Below, in pieces: positions 50,024-64,000 of a stretch of 64,000 nucleotides of DNA. The notes beneath the pieces are model-generated. The model ran no database searches. It had not been told where the DNA came from and saw nothing but the letters and a program-made list of their open reading frames with translations. The position numbers and the translations under genes were made by a program. Every line of letters begins with the position of its first letter. Position 1 is the first letter of the stretch. This stretch comes from Lama glama (lineage: Eukaryota): contig CM052817.1 in NCBI GenBank assembly GCA_028534125.1, forward strand, positions 101,372,001 to 101,436,000. Reading direction: 5' to 3'.

Positions 50024-50928
50024 AATAAATTTTAAAATTGTACTACACTAATATAAACTATACTTTTTAAATGTATAAAATCTTAAGTTATACTACCTCT
50101 AGCTCTCTTTTTTTTTTTTTTTTCTTTTAAGGGAAAACAAGACATAGAACCTTTTTTACCCTGTAACGTATTGTACATGAATTTTGTTCAAGCAGTAGAC
50201 TGATCTGGTTTCTCTTGCTCTTTTCCCCATTCTTTGTTTCTTGACATTCTTTCGCATCTATGAAAACTTCTGTATTTCCTCCTTACTGCTTTGAAATTTT
50301 TTTATTTCTAAAAGGGAGCCAATCAGATTTCCAGTGCAACCAGCTTGAATCAATCTTTCTGTTCCTCTTATGAATAGACAGTTCCTCCAGGCAGTGAATT
50401 AGCCCTTTAGAAAACATTGGCATTATGTTTCTGAACCCTGAGTGTCTGTATAGGTGGTCTGGAATGCATTAAAGAGAAGCATTGTGTCAGAAACTCAAGT
50501 CTAAAGATGAAATCCTGTTCTTTCTAATTGTAAGTTATTTTTGTTCTTGCTGGTGCTGCTGTTTTTTCTGAGTTACAGAATTTTAAAAATTATTATTTGC
50601 TTTGGGGAAAGTTGGAAATGGATTTCCAGTATATAGGTGGTTCTTGTTTTATGTTATACAAATGTGTCAAGAGAGTTTTCTCTTTAAAGGAGTCCTATGG
50701 TGAATCCTCTTTGATTATAGAGTATCACTGTGTTTTCTACTTTTGTAAGTGTGGACTTTGTATTTCTTTCAGTGATGGAAATATTGAGATGTTTTGTTTC
50801 TAGTTCAGGCTACGATATTTAGCAGTACTTCATTTTTGCTGATGAACTAGTAATAGTCTCCCATATATTAATACCTTGGGTGTTTTACTTGGGTTCTCTA
50901 CTGCAAGAAAACAGGTTTTTGTTTAGGT

Positions 50929-51122
50929 CACTAGTTCTCAAAAGTGTGATGCCCCCAACCAGGAGCATCAGCATCACATCACCTGGGAGTGTGTTAAAAA
51001 TGCAAATTACTAGGCTCTACCCCAGACCTCTACTATTCAAAAACTGGGAGGTGGAGCCCAGCAACCTATATTTAACAAGCTCTTCGGGTGCTTCTGCTAT
51101 GTTCTGAAGTTTAGAACTACTG
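50929..51122. mobile_element. MER5A hAT-Charlie element with perfect 8-bp TSD
   Basis: CA...TG ends, AGCATCAGCATCAC...CCTGGGAG...AAATGCAAATT; TSD GTTTAGGT at 50921-50928 and 51123-51130. Confidence 0.88.
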
Positions 51123-52999
51123 GTTTAGGTAATATCTACAGAGTGGCTTAAAATCTCAGCTCTTAGTCATCTGAGTTCTGGATTTGGTTTAATTCCAAGG
51201 TGTGTGTTAGGAACTATAGCAATGTTGCTTCTAAGAGATGTGTAGATGAAAAACTGATAGCAGGGGCTGCCTCACAAGAGCTGCTGCCATTGTTCCCAGG
51301 AGTTAAGATTTTAAGAACTAAACAGAGCCAAGAATCCTTCACTATTGAGTTGAACCAAATTGTTTCAGTACCTAGGATGATTGGCAGACGCTTCTCATTT
51401 AATAACATCATTTAGATTGTGCTTCCCTCCATTACCAAGATACTTAAAATGACAAATCATGAAATCACATTTAAATTACATAAGATTATTTTCAGAGTTA
51501 AGGAATTCCTAAATTAGCTCTCTTTCAAATGCTTTTAAGTTGTAAATAACTACAAGCAGACATACAATACCTTGGAGATACTTCATTAATATAATTAAGA
51601 TATATGTTCATTAATTATTGGATTATTTTTATGTAATTCTTCATTTTGAGGGTAACATCTGCCTGTCTGGTTATTTTTAAAACATTTTTAATAGGAAAAT
51701 GTTACGCTAATAAGTATGTGTATTTTTTCTTTGGAAAATTTTCTACTCCTGAATTTAGATGTTACATACATTTATTAATTATTTCAGGTGGGTTTGTCAG
51801 GGTGGAATACTAACCTTTTAAACAAGGTGTTATTTTATAAATGAGAGCCTTTGTTTTAAAGAACTAGATCCCCTTGCTAAATTTAGGGCTTTATAGCTTA
51901 CTTTGGCTCTTAAATCTACAGCAGATTTTTGTTTTTTCAACTTCGGAAGATACTCTCAAGAAGAGGTATAACTGGTTTGGTGTGGTGTCTTCTTGGCATC
52001 ACAGATGGATCTTGTTCGTGCTATGGGTTAGAATCAGGAACTAGAGAATCATTAAAGGAAAACCTACCTTTATGTATATTGAGAAGTGGAAGGTTTTTTA
52101 AAGTCAGGGTAAATCTACCAACTTTCTGAAGGTACTGTTTGTGGTTTTTAAGCGAAAACGGGTATCTAAATATTATTCACCCTCTACATATAATAAGGCC
52201 ATATTCTGAAAGGTTAGTTTCTTAGAATCAGACAAAAGAAATTACTCATCCAATCATTAATGATTTTCTAAATGTTTCTAACTCAAGAATGAGGGAGGAG
52301 TTGAATATATTTTAAGAAACCCCTTACCCAATCAAGTGAGTCTGAAATTTCTAACAAGTTTGTAGTGAAAGACGTGGTGGAGAATTTAGTATTGGGAATT
52401 TCCTGTGATTATTTAGTCTGGGGCCCAAGTAAGATTAATACAATTAAGACAAGAAGCAATGTTATGAAATTAACAATCCTTTTTGGTGTGGGCTCAACCA
52501 CGTACTAATGAATATTCTATTATCTGAGGTCTCCTTTTGCTGGTATTATTTAATCCATTTCCAATACAACTTACTACTTTCTAAGCTTAGTAAAATACTT
52601 AAAATGATCACTTTTAAGGTATGTAAAACATGAATAAAATCAACAGCCGGCTAGTAGATTTTTTTCTTTCTGAGAATTTAATATGCAATTCCTTATAAAG
52701 TACCTTATTTAAGAATAATCAGTGGTGCATTCATTTTTGACTGTGCTAGTGAAACAGGTCCCAATACCACCAGTCTATAAGAAACAGTCTAGGTGTTTCA
52801 AAGAGACTTAAGTCAGAGGTGAAAAGAAATTTAAAGAGAGAATTTATATAAAACAGGTATTTTTGAATTTTCGAATTAAAAATTTAAATAATACACTTCA
52901 CGTTATTTGTGATGAAGGTGGGAAAACCTGATATATGAAGATTGTAGAAAAGGTTGAAAGCATATTACTCTTTTTTTTATATAGGATAGGAAGAAATAC

Positions 53000-53790
53000 T
53001 TTTTTTTTAATTGAAGTAGAGTCAGTTGCAATGTATCAATTTCTGGTGTACAGCACAATGTCCCAGTCATGCATATAATATATATTCTTTCTCATTAAAG
53101 ACTATTACAAGATACTGAATATAGTTCCCTGTGCTGTACAAAAGAAACTTTTTTAAAATCTATTTTTATATATAGTAGCTAATATTTGCAAACCTCAAAC
53201 TCCCAAATTTATCCCTTCCCACCCCCTTTCCCTCATAACCATAAGATTGTTTACCATGTCTGCAAGTCAGTGAGTTCATAGTGTCCTTTTTTTTCTTTCT
53301 TTTTTTTTTAGATTCCACATATGATTGATATCATATGGTATTTTTTTTTCTCTTTCTGGCTCCACTTAGAATGATGATCTCTAGTTCCATCCATGTTGCT
53401 GCAAATGACATTATTTTATTTTTTATGGCTGAGTAGTATTCCATTCTATAACTATACCACAACTTCTTTATCCAGTCATCTGTCAGTGGACATTTGGGCC
53501 ACTTCCATGTCTTGGCTATTGTATATAGTGCTGCTGTGAATATTGGGGTGTGTGTATCTTTTTGAAGTAGAATTCTCTCCAGATGTGTATCCAGGAGTGG
53601 GATTGCTGGATCATATGGTAAGTCTGTTTTTTGTCTTTTGAGGAATCTCCATACTATTTTCCATAATGGCTGTACCAAGCTACATTCCCCTCAGCAGTGT
53701 AGGAGGATTCCCTTTTCTACACACCCTCTCCAGCATTTATCGTTCATGGACTTTTGAATGATGGCCATTCTGACTCATGTGAGGTGATAT
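53000..53790 (-). mobile_element. Young lineage-specific L1 3' fragment (ORF2 C-terminus and 3' UTR)
   Basis: Minus ORF 53331-53678 [13 protein letters not shown]...PYDPAIPLL...MEYYSAIK...FAATWMELE is the L1 ORF2 C-terminus. Confidence 0.92.
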
Positions 53791-53996
53791 TGAACTTTTT
53801 TTTTTCAGTCTGCCCTAATGATTTATGGTAGTTGGTTTTCTCCAATTTAGAGAAATTAGTTCCCAGTGTAGTCTTTTGACTTTTTTGTTACATGGACTTG
53901 GGCTGAAGACGAATCTCATTCTGTCTTCTTGACTCGTAAACTTTATGTTAAGCAAATTTATCTTAGCAAGACATTTTATTTGTTTTAATTCTCTAG

Positions 53997-54071
53997 TTAT
54001 CTGAGGGAAACCAAAAGCATGCAAACCTACAGAAAAGCATCGAGAAAGCTAAAATTGGCCGACATGAAACG
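53997..54071 (+). CDS. MND1: MND1 coding exon 5 (LSEGNQKHANLQKSIEKAKIGRHET)
   Basis: Acceptor TTTTAATTCTCTAG, donor ACG|GTAAGT, 75 nt, phase 0/0. Confidence 0.95.
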
Positions 54072-54259
54072 GTAAGTTTGTATCTGTAGGTTCTTTAATC
54101 ATGTCGATTCTAAATAGAAGAGTAAAGGCATAGAGCTTCCTGTGGGGAGGATGCTGCTTCTCCCAGAAGAGAAGTGAAGCTCAGCAAAGTATGTGAACAT
54201 CTCACCTGGTAGTTCACTAGTGGTGAATCTAGATTTGTCATTATTGCTGTGTCGTGTTG

Positions 54260-54470
54260 TCTGGGCAGTATAGCAAAGAAGCATTAACCCTGGAGCCAGG
54301 CTGCCTGGGTTTGAACGTCTCCTAAGCTCTTTCTTCTCAGTTTTCTCCGTTGTAAAGTGGGGAATAATAAAATCTACATCACTGAGTTACTGTGTGGATT
54401 GAACTAGCTAATATTTGGAAAGGACTTAGAAGAGAGCCTGGCACAAAGTCAGCCCTATATAAATGTTTAT
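54260..54470 (+). mobile_element. MIR SINE
   Basis: CTGGAGCCAGGCTGCCTGGGTTTGAA...CTCAGTTTTCTCCGTTGTAAAGTGGGGAATAATAA. Further MIR relics lie near 18.8-19.2, 20.1-20.3, 36.4, 38.5 and 55.3-55.5 kb. Confidence 0.75.
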
Positions 54471-56779
54471 GTAAAATTTTAAGAGTCTTTTATTTTAAAG
54501 TCTTGGCTCAGAACAAATTGAAAACTATCATTATAGTATCCTTGTGTCCTCGTAATGTTTCTAAATTATTTAAATGAATATTGACCTACTATTTTATTTC
54601 AAAAAGTGTAAATGTTCTCTGAAGTATTACATTAGGGTTTTTTAAAAAGTCACTTTACTTTCTAGTTTCAATTATCTAAAGTATGGATTTATGACTTGAA
54701 AAAAATGTTGAAGATCAACATGAACCACTAAGCATTTCAACTCAGCCTCTGCTTGTACCACTTGATTGTGAAAGAGACTCAAAAACCTGTCACATTGTAG
54801 AAAAGAATACATCACAGGTTTACATGCTTTATGCTTTTCAAAGTTGTTTTACATACAGTCTGCGTGAATAGTCAGCACGCTCAGAGATAGGAACTAGAGA
54901 ATGGTAATTGCTGAAGAGGATTTAAGGGAAGGTAAGTTCTGGGCATAACCTTAAACTATTATGTTTCTTCTTCTGTGGACAGCAATTACCACTTCTTTAT
55001 TTGGCAATAACTTGTAGAAGCACCTTCAACTAATGGTGACATATTCATGCCCAAAAGTAGTTAGTTAGCCAGTCTACTGAAGGTTACCCCATCCACTGTA
55101 ACCACTGGAATGAGGACAAAAAGACACTGGCACACTTAGTTGGTGCCTGTAGCCATCAGAAGGGTAGAGTAGTTCAGAAAAGCTCCTGAGAGAGACAAAC
55201 TCTTGTGTTCATCCTGAGTTCACTAGTCAGGAGTTTTCAGAAATATCTAAAAGATTTTTCCATCTGCTAGATATTATTCAAAGTGGTGATACTGCTGACA
55301 ATGGTAATGAAGGAGAAGAAACAGCTAGCTTACATATTCTGCTTACTGTGAGCAAGGCAGGACTGTTCCAAACACATTTTCTATACTTATTGAATCCTGC
55401 CAACAGTCCAAGGAGGTAGCTCCTATTACTGTCTTCATTTCTACATTTGAGGAACTGAAAGCACAAAGAGGTTAAGTAATTTGGCAAAGATCTTGGTGCT
55501 GGTAACAGTCTAAGATGGCTCCCAACTCAGGGTATCTGGAGAGCTGTCATTGCATTCACACGGATGGCCACCCCTCTGCTTCTCCTGTCTCCGTTAGCTT
55601 CTCTCCACTCATTTGTCATTGTAGAATGTGTATAATTTCAGTGTTGATAGCAAATAATGACCATCTTATATTGTAGTTATTTTTTAATTTCTTCTGTGCT
55701 GTGCTAATGTGGTATACTGTAATCATATTTATCTATTTCATTTAAATTAAAATTAAATACAATTAAATTCAGTTTCTCGGTAACAAAAGTCACAGTACAT
55801 GTACTCAGTAGCCCCATGTAGTTGATGCTTCCTGCCTTTGAGAACACAGATCCAGAACATTTCTGTCACTGCAGAGTTCTGTTGGACTCGGCTACCTCAG
55901 AGCTGTGTGCATGCATTCTCTTGTATAAATGCCAACAAAAGGAGCTTTCTTCGCTTTGGAACTAAAGAGAACAGAGAAAGGCAAAAGTAGGAAAATACAA
56001 GTACAAAAATGTAAGCTAGCAAGGAACCTTAAACAAGTCCGATCAGGCAGCTTGAACTCTGTTTGGTTTTGCCCCAGACTTATCCTATAATTCTGTACCA
56101 TAACTTTTCCATTAGTTGATTTTTATATGGGCTTACGTTTCACACATGTGAACTGAATACTGATAGCACTATGACTTCTACCTGTTAGAACTATGGCTAG
56201 AAATTTCAAATGGTATTTATTGGATCATTTTGTGTTTAAAAGCTTTATTCTGGTTTACCTTTAAAGGAACGTGATAAGGAGGTCACAAAACTACAACTCT
56301 GTTATTTCTGATATTTTAAAATATTTTTGAAGGTTAATCATCTTTGAAGGTTGGAAAATTATCTAGATGACTTTTAAGGAAAATTTTACAATGATTGATG
56401 TTGCCATAAAATATTACTTATATAATAATGGATGCAGTCTTGTGAAACTAAGGAGCAGTATTTTTTTTTCCTAACTTGATGACAATCATCTTTGAGTTCA
56501 TGCATAATCAGTAACCTCTTATCTATTTACGAGCATTCCATTCTACATAATAATTTCCATTCAGTTAGTCAACATATATATAAGGTGCTTGAGATTGCAG
56601 AGAAAAATGAGAATTGAGTTTGTTCTTGCACTGTGAATATATGTATGTATATAATATTGTCAAAAGCCTAATGCATATCAGTTATGAGAAATAAAATGAA
56701 AATGTTTATAAAACATGTAACTTTATAACATATGGCATTTTGTTTATCTTACTTGTACATAATATTATTTTGAATGCAG

Positions 56780-56894
56780 GAAGAGCGAACCATGCTAACA
56801 AAAGAACTTTCTTCACTTCGAGACCAAAGGGAACAGCTAAAAGCAGAAGTAGAAAAATACAGAGAATGTGACCCGCAAGTTGTGGAAGAAATAC
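56780..56894 (+). CDS. MND1: MND1 coding exon 6 (EERTMLTKELSSLRDQREQLKAEVEKYRECDPQVVEEI)
   Basis: Acceptor TTTTGAATGCAG, donor TAC|GTAAGT, 115 nt, phase 0/1; coiled-coil region. The gene continues beyond the window. Confidence 0.96.
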
Positions 56895-59589
56895 GTAAGT
56901 TTGTATTACACTTTGAGGGTTTTTAACTTTGCTAATGAAAGATACTTTATACTTCTAGTTCCCTGGTAACCATTCTCCATGTATGTGAGAAAATAAAGCC
57001 CTTAATAGTATTAATATTGCATTAATATTTCCATTAAGGGGTCTTAATGTTAAAGCATTGAACAGTAACAACTTTGAAATTATAAGCATCTCAAGAACAA
57101 GGAAGGTCAGTGAGGTAGAAGGATAAAATCATAAAATATAAGTGTAGGAAACTGAGGAGTCAGAGAAGGAACTAAGTTGTCTTGATTCTAGGAAGAAACC
57201 CACCATTATCTTCCAAGAAAAGTGATATCAAAAAGGATGAGTTTACAAGTTGCAGAAAATTAGTCTGTGCATTGACTTGCCTTGTGAACACTCCAATGAT
57301 ATTCTTCCTTTTAAACCAGAGTCCCCAGAGCTTCATTTTTAATAATTTTTATATATTTATGTAAATACGGAATTTTGAATATTTGAAGAAATGATACAGT
57401 GTGTTATAAAGATACTACATTTAATTGCTTAGGGAAATATACATAACCTTTTTATATTTTTCTATCTTAGCCTCTCTTTTCATTTAGGAAATTTTACCCA
57501 GTGAAACTTTTAGAAAAATGACAGTATGTGATTGAAGGCTTTGAGAGAAATTGAAAATATTTGGTATTTTTAAATGAAGTTGAGAATCACATGGTATTCT
57601 TCACAATTAAAAAGATTTTAAGCAGTTCAGTTAGTGTTATCTACAGTTAAACTTAATTTTAGAGACAGGTCCTGCTCTGCACGACTGCAGGAGTCACCGT
57701 TCAAGTCCTTGCGGTGCACAGCTGAGATAATATGTATCAGTCCTAGTTCAGCTGATTGCCCAGGGCAATTTTCAAAGCAAAATGGAGACAGAACCCCCTG
57801 AGCCCTTTTCTGTGAATTAAGTATTTGGGAGACATGTTAACTCTTTTGTGCTGCCTGCAGATTCTTTTCATTTATTATTTTCTTGCAGAAGAAAGTGCTA
57901 ACCAAGTCTGCTACAGAATTAACCACTTTAATCTATTTTAAAGTTTTAACTAGTATCAAATGACCCTTAGTGAACACAAGCACATCAAAGCAACAGGACA
58001 CAAGGTATGAATTCACTACTAGGAAGCTAGGCCTGCTCATGATTTACCTTCAAAAGGAAACACGTACTGTGTGTTAAAGAGAACATCAGATGTTATGTGT
58101 CTTATCTAGAGCAGCTTCTCGTGAAAGACTGTTTTAAGAACAATTTTCTTACCCAGATTTAATACCTTCAGATGATTTATTTTCAGGATCAGCATGGCTG
58201 TGCCCTGTAGCAGTTCCTCATGAAAATTACGTTTTCACAGTAACCAAATATGATCTTTCATTTATTACTTTTACTTGGTTCTACATTCCTTCCTGATTTT
58301 AGTTTTGTGCAATTCTTGGACTTTCTCCTTGAAGTACCAACTCTTTGCTTCCCTGTCTCATTCTCTTTCCTATCCAGTCTTAGCCATACCTAGTCAAGGC
58401 TTCTGCTTTTTCACCCTGTGGTCCTCATTGGGTTGTCACAGCTCTTTCCCTGGGCAGATGACCCTGACTGATATCACCTCGACTTGTGACCTCCCATTTT
58501 TACAGTCCTTTTCATGATTTTGATTACATCTGTCCACTCAGGAATGACTAAAACTCTTATTTAGGCTTAGAAAACTATTCTGACCTATGCTGATGATGAT
58601 CATAAGCCAGTGGAGCATCTTGAGTTGCTGAAAATCAAGACAGAGAATTAGGCCAGACTGACTCATGAAGTGGGAAAACTTGTTTCAGGCACATAATTTC
58701 CAGTGTTGCCATTTCTTGTACCTCTGAATCAAGCAGCAATCTTGGCAAGTGCATCACCTGTTAGAAAGGTAATCAAACTTGAAGAAAGAAGTTTCAGGGT
58801 ATATTAAAGATGATGGGTTTTCTGGAGAGTAGAATAACATAGTTGAGATGGAAGTTGCAACTATAATTTTATAGTGATTGCCTGAATTCTCTCCATCTTA
58901 ACCCTTGAATTAAAAAATTCATAATTTATTTCTCAACCCAAGGAAAACATGCCAATGTGAATGAGTATTATGCAGGGTATGAGGTCTAAGTGAATGAGAA
59001 GTTTTCTGGTTTTCAGTGAAGAGACTATCTTTCTTCATCAACATCAAACCTAAATTATCTTTTAGTATTTATTTATGCAGCCACATAAGAATGGATCTGT
59101 ATTTGGGTTGTATAGAATTTGTAATCATGAATCTATTACAAATATATTAATTTTTTACATTTTCACATTGTACGTTCCTGATCTTAATGGGAAATGAAAG
59201 GATAAGAGTCCTTCCTTCCTAGTTTTGTGCTATTATTTTTTATTTCATTAAAAAATCTTCTATAGAATACATTAATTATAGAAAATTATAGCATATTTAA
59301 TAGACAGTAGATGTGTAGGATAATTACATTATTCCATAAATAAATTTTAAGAGTCTCATGTTCTACCAACCAAGCCAGTTGAGCCATAAATATATTTTAG
59401 ATGTGAAGGTAGGATATCTTTTTCTGTAGAATGTTACCAAACTACAGTGAAAAGAAAAAAAGACTGGCAAAGCCTATATACCTGTAGAAAGAATTTTTAA
59501 GGTAACTTCAGTTCATATTTTTATAGAGAAATGTTTAATTTCTTGGCTTTTAAAATTCAGAACAGCTAACAAGTGAAACTTTATATGTG

Positions 59590-60865
59590 GAGCTTTTACT
59601 TTCAGCCAAAATAGAGTAATAATGTACTGAATTTATCCCCCCACATAAAAACAAACAATATACGAAGTGACGGTTTTCAAGATACTTGATATCAGACCAC
59701 AAAGGAAAGTGATTCCTAGAGAAAGGAAACAGACAAAGTAAGCCTCACATTGTCCCAGGTTATTCTGTTGAGTTTCCTGGCTGCAGCACAAAGAAGGAGA
59801 ACCTAGGCAGAGCCCTGCAGACCCCCTGAGTCGAGGAGATGGAACTGAGATTAGGGAGACCAACAGCATACTAGAGGGGAAAGAGTAACACAAAGAGAAC
59901 CGTGGATATCTAGAGAGGGTTCCTCTCAAGTAGTTGATGCATGCATATGAGGAATAGACCCAAAGCTGAAGAAAGAACAATCTCAAAGGATTGAAGGAAC
60001 AGTGCCAGGCACTCACACAGGAGCAGGAGTAGTGTCTGCTCTCACCAGCCAGATTAGCAAAATTTATAATTCATAAGGCATTGGGTAGAGTACTCAAGAA
60101 GATCTGGCCTCAGTAGAAGGGAGTAGTTAGCCCTCAACTGAGCTTTGCTCTCAACCCACCTAACAAGCCGTAAGGACAAGTCTTGAAAGGATCAAACTTG
60201 TACAATAACCTAAATTCATTCATAACAGAGCTCAATAATTTTTGTAGGAGTACAAAAATATCCAGCACCCAGCAAGAAAATATTCATGTCTGGCATACAA
60301 TGAAAGATCACCAAGTATGCAAAGAAGTAGGGAAAACATTACCCTTAATGAGGAGAATAATCAAACCTTCAATGAAAACTGACCCAGAATTAACACAGAT
60401 AGTAGAATTAGAAGACTAGAACATTAAAAGGTACTATAAATGTACTTTGTATGTTCAGAACGTTAAGTAGAAACATTGAAGATATAAAAAAGACCCAAGT
60501 CAAACTTCTGGAGATGAACACTGTGGTGTCTGGAAAGAAAAATACACTGGATTGGGTTAACAGCAGATTGAGCTTCTGCAGAAAAGATTAGTGTATTTGA
60601 AGACATAGCAATAGAAACTATTCAAAATGAAACTCAGGGAAAAATAATTTAATGAAAATAGCCTCTGTGAGTTATAGGACAACTTCAAGTGACCTAATGT
60701 ATGTGTAATTACAGTCCCAAAAGGAGTATATTTAGAGGGTGGGGCCAGGGCAGGGGGTGTTTCAGACCAGAAAAATATCTGAAGAAATAAATATCAGAAG
60801 AAATAAAGGTGTAAATTTTTTTAAATTTGATTAAACCCACAGATTCAAGAAATTTAAATATGTAA
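59590..60865 (+). mobile_element. Old L1M 5' region / ORF1 remnant
   Basis: A-rich ORF1-like sequence (GAAAAGATTAGTGTATTTGAAGACATAGCAATAGAAACTATTCAAAATGAA...GGACAACTTCAAG). Confidence 0.65.
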
Positions 60866-61494
60866 GTAGTAAATGTCAGTGATCTCTGTATCACTAAATC
60901 TAGAGAACTTTTTTAAGCTTTACCTTGACTTACCCTAAATCCCTTTTCCCGATGAGATTATTGTTTTTAAAATGTACTTTCTGGTAATGAAGGGTTTCAT
61001 AGGATTTGGCTATCATGTTATTGCAGAACAGATTATACTGGATTAAAGGATTATGAGTTTCACAAATTGATTTTAATAGGATTTGGTTCTTAATAATGTG
61101 GCTGTAACACCCGTATAATAGCAATCAGGCTTATCTCTAAGTCTGTCATGGCTTATTTTGAAACTTTTTTTTCTGCTGATAATAGCTATAACCCTTATGT
61201 TCGTGTAGACATGATTATGTATTCTCTCTCATTTCTCAATAATTCTTGCAGGAAATATTTATATTTCATCATGCCAGTTGAATTACTGATGTCATTAAAC
61301 AAGTATTAGCAAGATTAGTTGCAAATATCCAAGAAATGAGAAGTAAAAGAAATAATTTATTTAAAAAATAAATTTTTAACTAGTCTAATCATTACTTAAG
61401 TGAGAAAATAAGTTGTAGTAAAACCTGAATTCTCACATTAAAGAATTTGGAAAGTAAGTCTTATAAGTACTTAAGAAATTTTCTTAGAAATAAA

Positions 61495-64000
61495 TGCCCA
61501 GATGACAGTGAAAATGCTCGAGTAAGGACCTTTGGAAATTTACCCTTTCATGAAAACTAGCAAAAATTGTTACAACTTTTCCAGAATTCTAGAAACTAAC
61601 CAAAGATTTGCCTATTCAAGACAGGTGACTTCTGCAAGAAGAGTGAGCTTTGTGTTGTTTAATTTGCTCTAGTTTTATCGCCTACCCTCCCCCTCAGCAG
61701 TCAGCCCTGCATTCTTGGTATCAGAGGGAATAGGATAGAACTGGAGCTCTTTAAGATCCTCATTCCCAAGGAATTGTCATTATTTGGCATCTTTGGTGGT
61801 TCCCTAAAAGCCACTAATAGAAACAATTGTCTTTTTTTGACCTGGCTTGGAGTATGCTCATCACTAACAGCCTCTTCCTGGGGACCGTTTGTCTAAAACA
61901 ATTACAGGCAAGACTTTAACTTCACAACTGTCTTAGGTGATGAATAACAGTTAAGGAAAAGAGTAGACTAACTAAAAAGCTTAAAAGGAGAGACCAAAGG
62001 AGATGTTCATTGGTGCCTTGAAAAGAAACATATTCCTGGAAATCTAGAATGCCACTTACATGCATAGCGCTGTGTACATTCTCAGGAAAGACCTGAGAAG
62101 GTCCTAATCTCCTACCACTAGCTGACCTTGACAATCTGTGCAAGAAGGAAGTGAAGGCTAGAGCAGAGTTGTAAACTGACTAGCTGGGTATTCTTGAAAC
62201 ATGCCTTAGCACATACAAACACACACACACACAACCTCTCACCAAAGACTTGGAGATTTAATCCAGGTGTTTAAGGTACTGTTCAATTATTAGCTGACAA
62301 GTAAGCAAACTGACTACAGACTTCAGTAGCCACACATAATAAATATAGACTCTGCAGAATTAGTTCAGTAAATCATTAAATAAACAATAACTACAACAAG
62401 TAGCAACAACACTAACCCTGGGAAGAATCTGATTTCCAGAATTGCAACATTATATTATTTTAAATGTTCAATTTTCAATAAAAAAACAATTACAAGACAT
62501 ACAAAGAGACAAGAAAACGTGGCTCATGCATGATTTTGGACTTGCTAGACAGAGACTTTAAATCAGCTATTTTAAATATGTTGAAAGTGCTAAGGAAAAA
62601 CATGTCTAAGAAACTAAAGGAAAGTCTGAGAATGATATCTCATGTAATAGAGAATATTAATAAAGAGATAGAAATTATTAAGAAGGAACCAAATAGAAAT
62701 TCTGAAAACTATGATAACTGAAGGGAAAAATTCACTGGAGGGATTAACAGCAGTTTGAGCAGGCAAGAGAAAGAATCAGTAACTCAAGGATAGTTCAATT
62801 GAGTTAATCCAGTCTGAGGAACAGAAATCAAAAAGAGTGAAGAAACATTCACAGTGTCTCAGAGACCTATGGTATGGCATCAACAGTGTCACATACTCAT
62901 AATGGAAATCACAGAAGTTGAGAAGAGAGAAAGAGGGCAAAAGAATAAGGGCTGAAAACATCCCAAATTCGATGAAGAACTTTACACATTCAAAAAGCTT
63001 AACAAACTCCATTTAGGACAGCCTCAAAGAGATCTACACAGAGACGCATCATAATCAAACTGTCAAAAGATAAACAGAATATTGAAAGCAGCAAGAAACA
63101 ACTCATCATATAGAAGGGCTCTTCAGTCAGATTAACAACTTGATTTTTATTAGAAGCCTGTAGAGGCCAGAAACATTGGAATGACATATTCAAAGTGCTG
63201 AAAGAAAAAACTGTCAACCAAGAATTCTGTATCTAGAAATATTTTCCTTAAAAACTGAAGGACAAAGTAAGATATTCCCAGATAAATAACTGAAAGAGTT
63301 TGTCACTAGTAGACCTACCTTTTAAAAAAAAAAAAAAGGAAGTTCTTCTCATTGAAGTGAAAGGACACTAGACAGTAACTTGATCAACATGAAGAAATAA
63401 AGCAAACTAGATTTACACAAGTAAATCTAAAGCACAGCACATGTGTATTTTTGTTCCTATCTTGTGTTCTCTTATCTGATTTGAAATACAGCTCCATAAA
63501 GCGATAATGATAAACATGTTGGGCACACAATGTATATAGTATAATTTGTGACAATAACAGTATAAAACTGAGGAGGAGAATGGAGCTATGTAGGAGGAAA
63601 ATTTTTGTATACTCTTGAAATTAATTTGGTATTCTAATTAGAGTGTTATAAAATAAGATGTTAATAGTAGTCCCCAGGGCAACCACTAGAAAATTACCCA
63701 AAAATATTTGGTAAAAGAAATTAGAGAATTAAAATGATATGCTAAAAATATTCATTTAACATAAAATAAAGCAATTGTGGAGGAATTAAGAAGCAAAAAT
63801 TCATATGACATATAGAAAACACAGCAAATGGCAGATGTAAATCCTACTTTATCAGTAATTACATTAAATTTAAATGGATTAAAGTCCAATTAGTAGGCAG
63901 GGATTGACAGAATAGATTAAAAATACATAAGCTAACTACATACTTTACAGAAGACTCACATTTGACTCAAAGACACAAATATGGTGAAAGTAAAGGCTGG
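61495..64000 (+). mobile_element. Old L1M 5' region, ORF1 and start of ORF2 endonuclease (runs off window)
   Basis: ORF1 remnants (CATAATCAAACTGTCAAAA...GGAATGACATATTCAAAGTGCTGAAAGAAAAAACTGTCAACCAAGAATTCT); ATCAGTAATTACATTAAATTTAAATGGATTAAA near 63850 resembles the EN start ITLNVNGLN. Confidence 0.8.

Noticed and set aside
57000..64000. Remaining MND1 exons (expected QANKVAKEAANRWTDNIF...)
   Set aside because: I could not find them by eye in this interval. They presumably lie beyond the window, so their absence is not evidence of truncation.
1..64000. CRISPR arrays, operons or a novel multi-gene system
   Set aside because: No regularly spaced repeat-spacer array and no unexplained long ORFs. 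The window is accounted for by one spliced gene, a 3' UTR and common mammalian repeats.

Overview
This is mammalian genomic DNA, most likely camelid, judged from tRNA-derived SINEs resembling the camelid vic-1 family and young L1 3' ends. It is AT-rich and repeat-dense, with one CpG island. The main content is the 5' three-quarters of MND1 (meiotic HOP2-MND1 recombination factor) on the + strand. Its CpG-island promoter lies at about 13.7-14.6 kb. Six coding exons can be read directly with GT-AG boundaries (14092-14094, 18475-18540, 21866-21923, 25152-25300, 53997-54071, 56780-56894). They splice into an intact frame of 155 codons plus 1 nt, and the last exons lie beyond the window. The first ~3.07 kb looks like the distal 3' UTR and poly(A) site of the upstream gene, probably TRIM2 by synteny; no coding sequence is present to confirm this. 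The rest is L1, L2, MIR, MaLR/ERV LTR, Tigger and hAT relics, and none of the supplied ORFs is a real gene. I found no evidence of a new multi-gene system. The best second-look items are small: two tailless TSD-flanked retro-insertions (one is only the extreme 5' end of an L1), a consensus cryptic donor inside MND1 exon 4 that would create an immediate stop, two hairpins in the 3' UTR, and a compact palindromic GC-box/E2F/CHR-like promoter module. Repeat family names come from memory of consensus sequences, and boundaries without TSDs are approximate.
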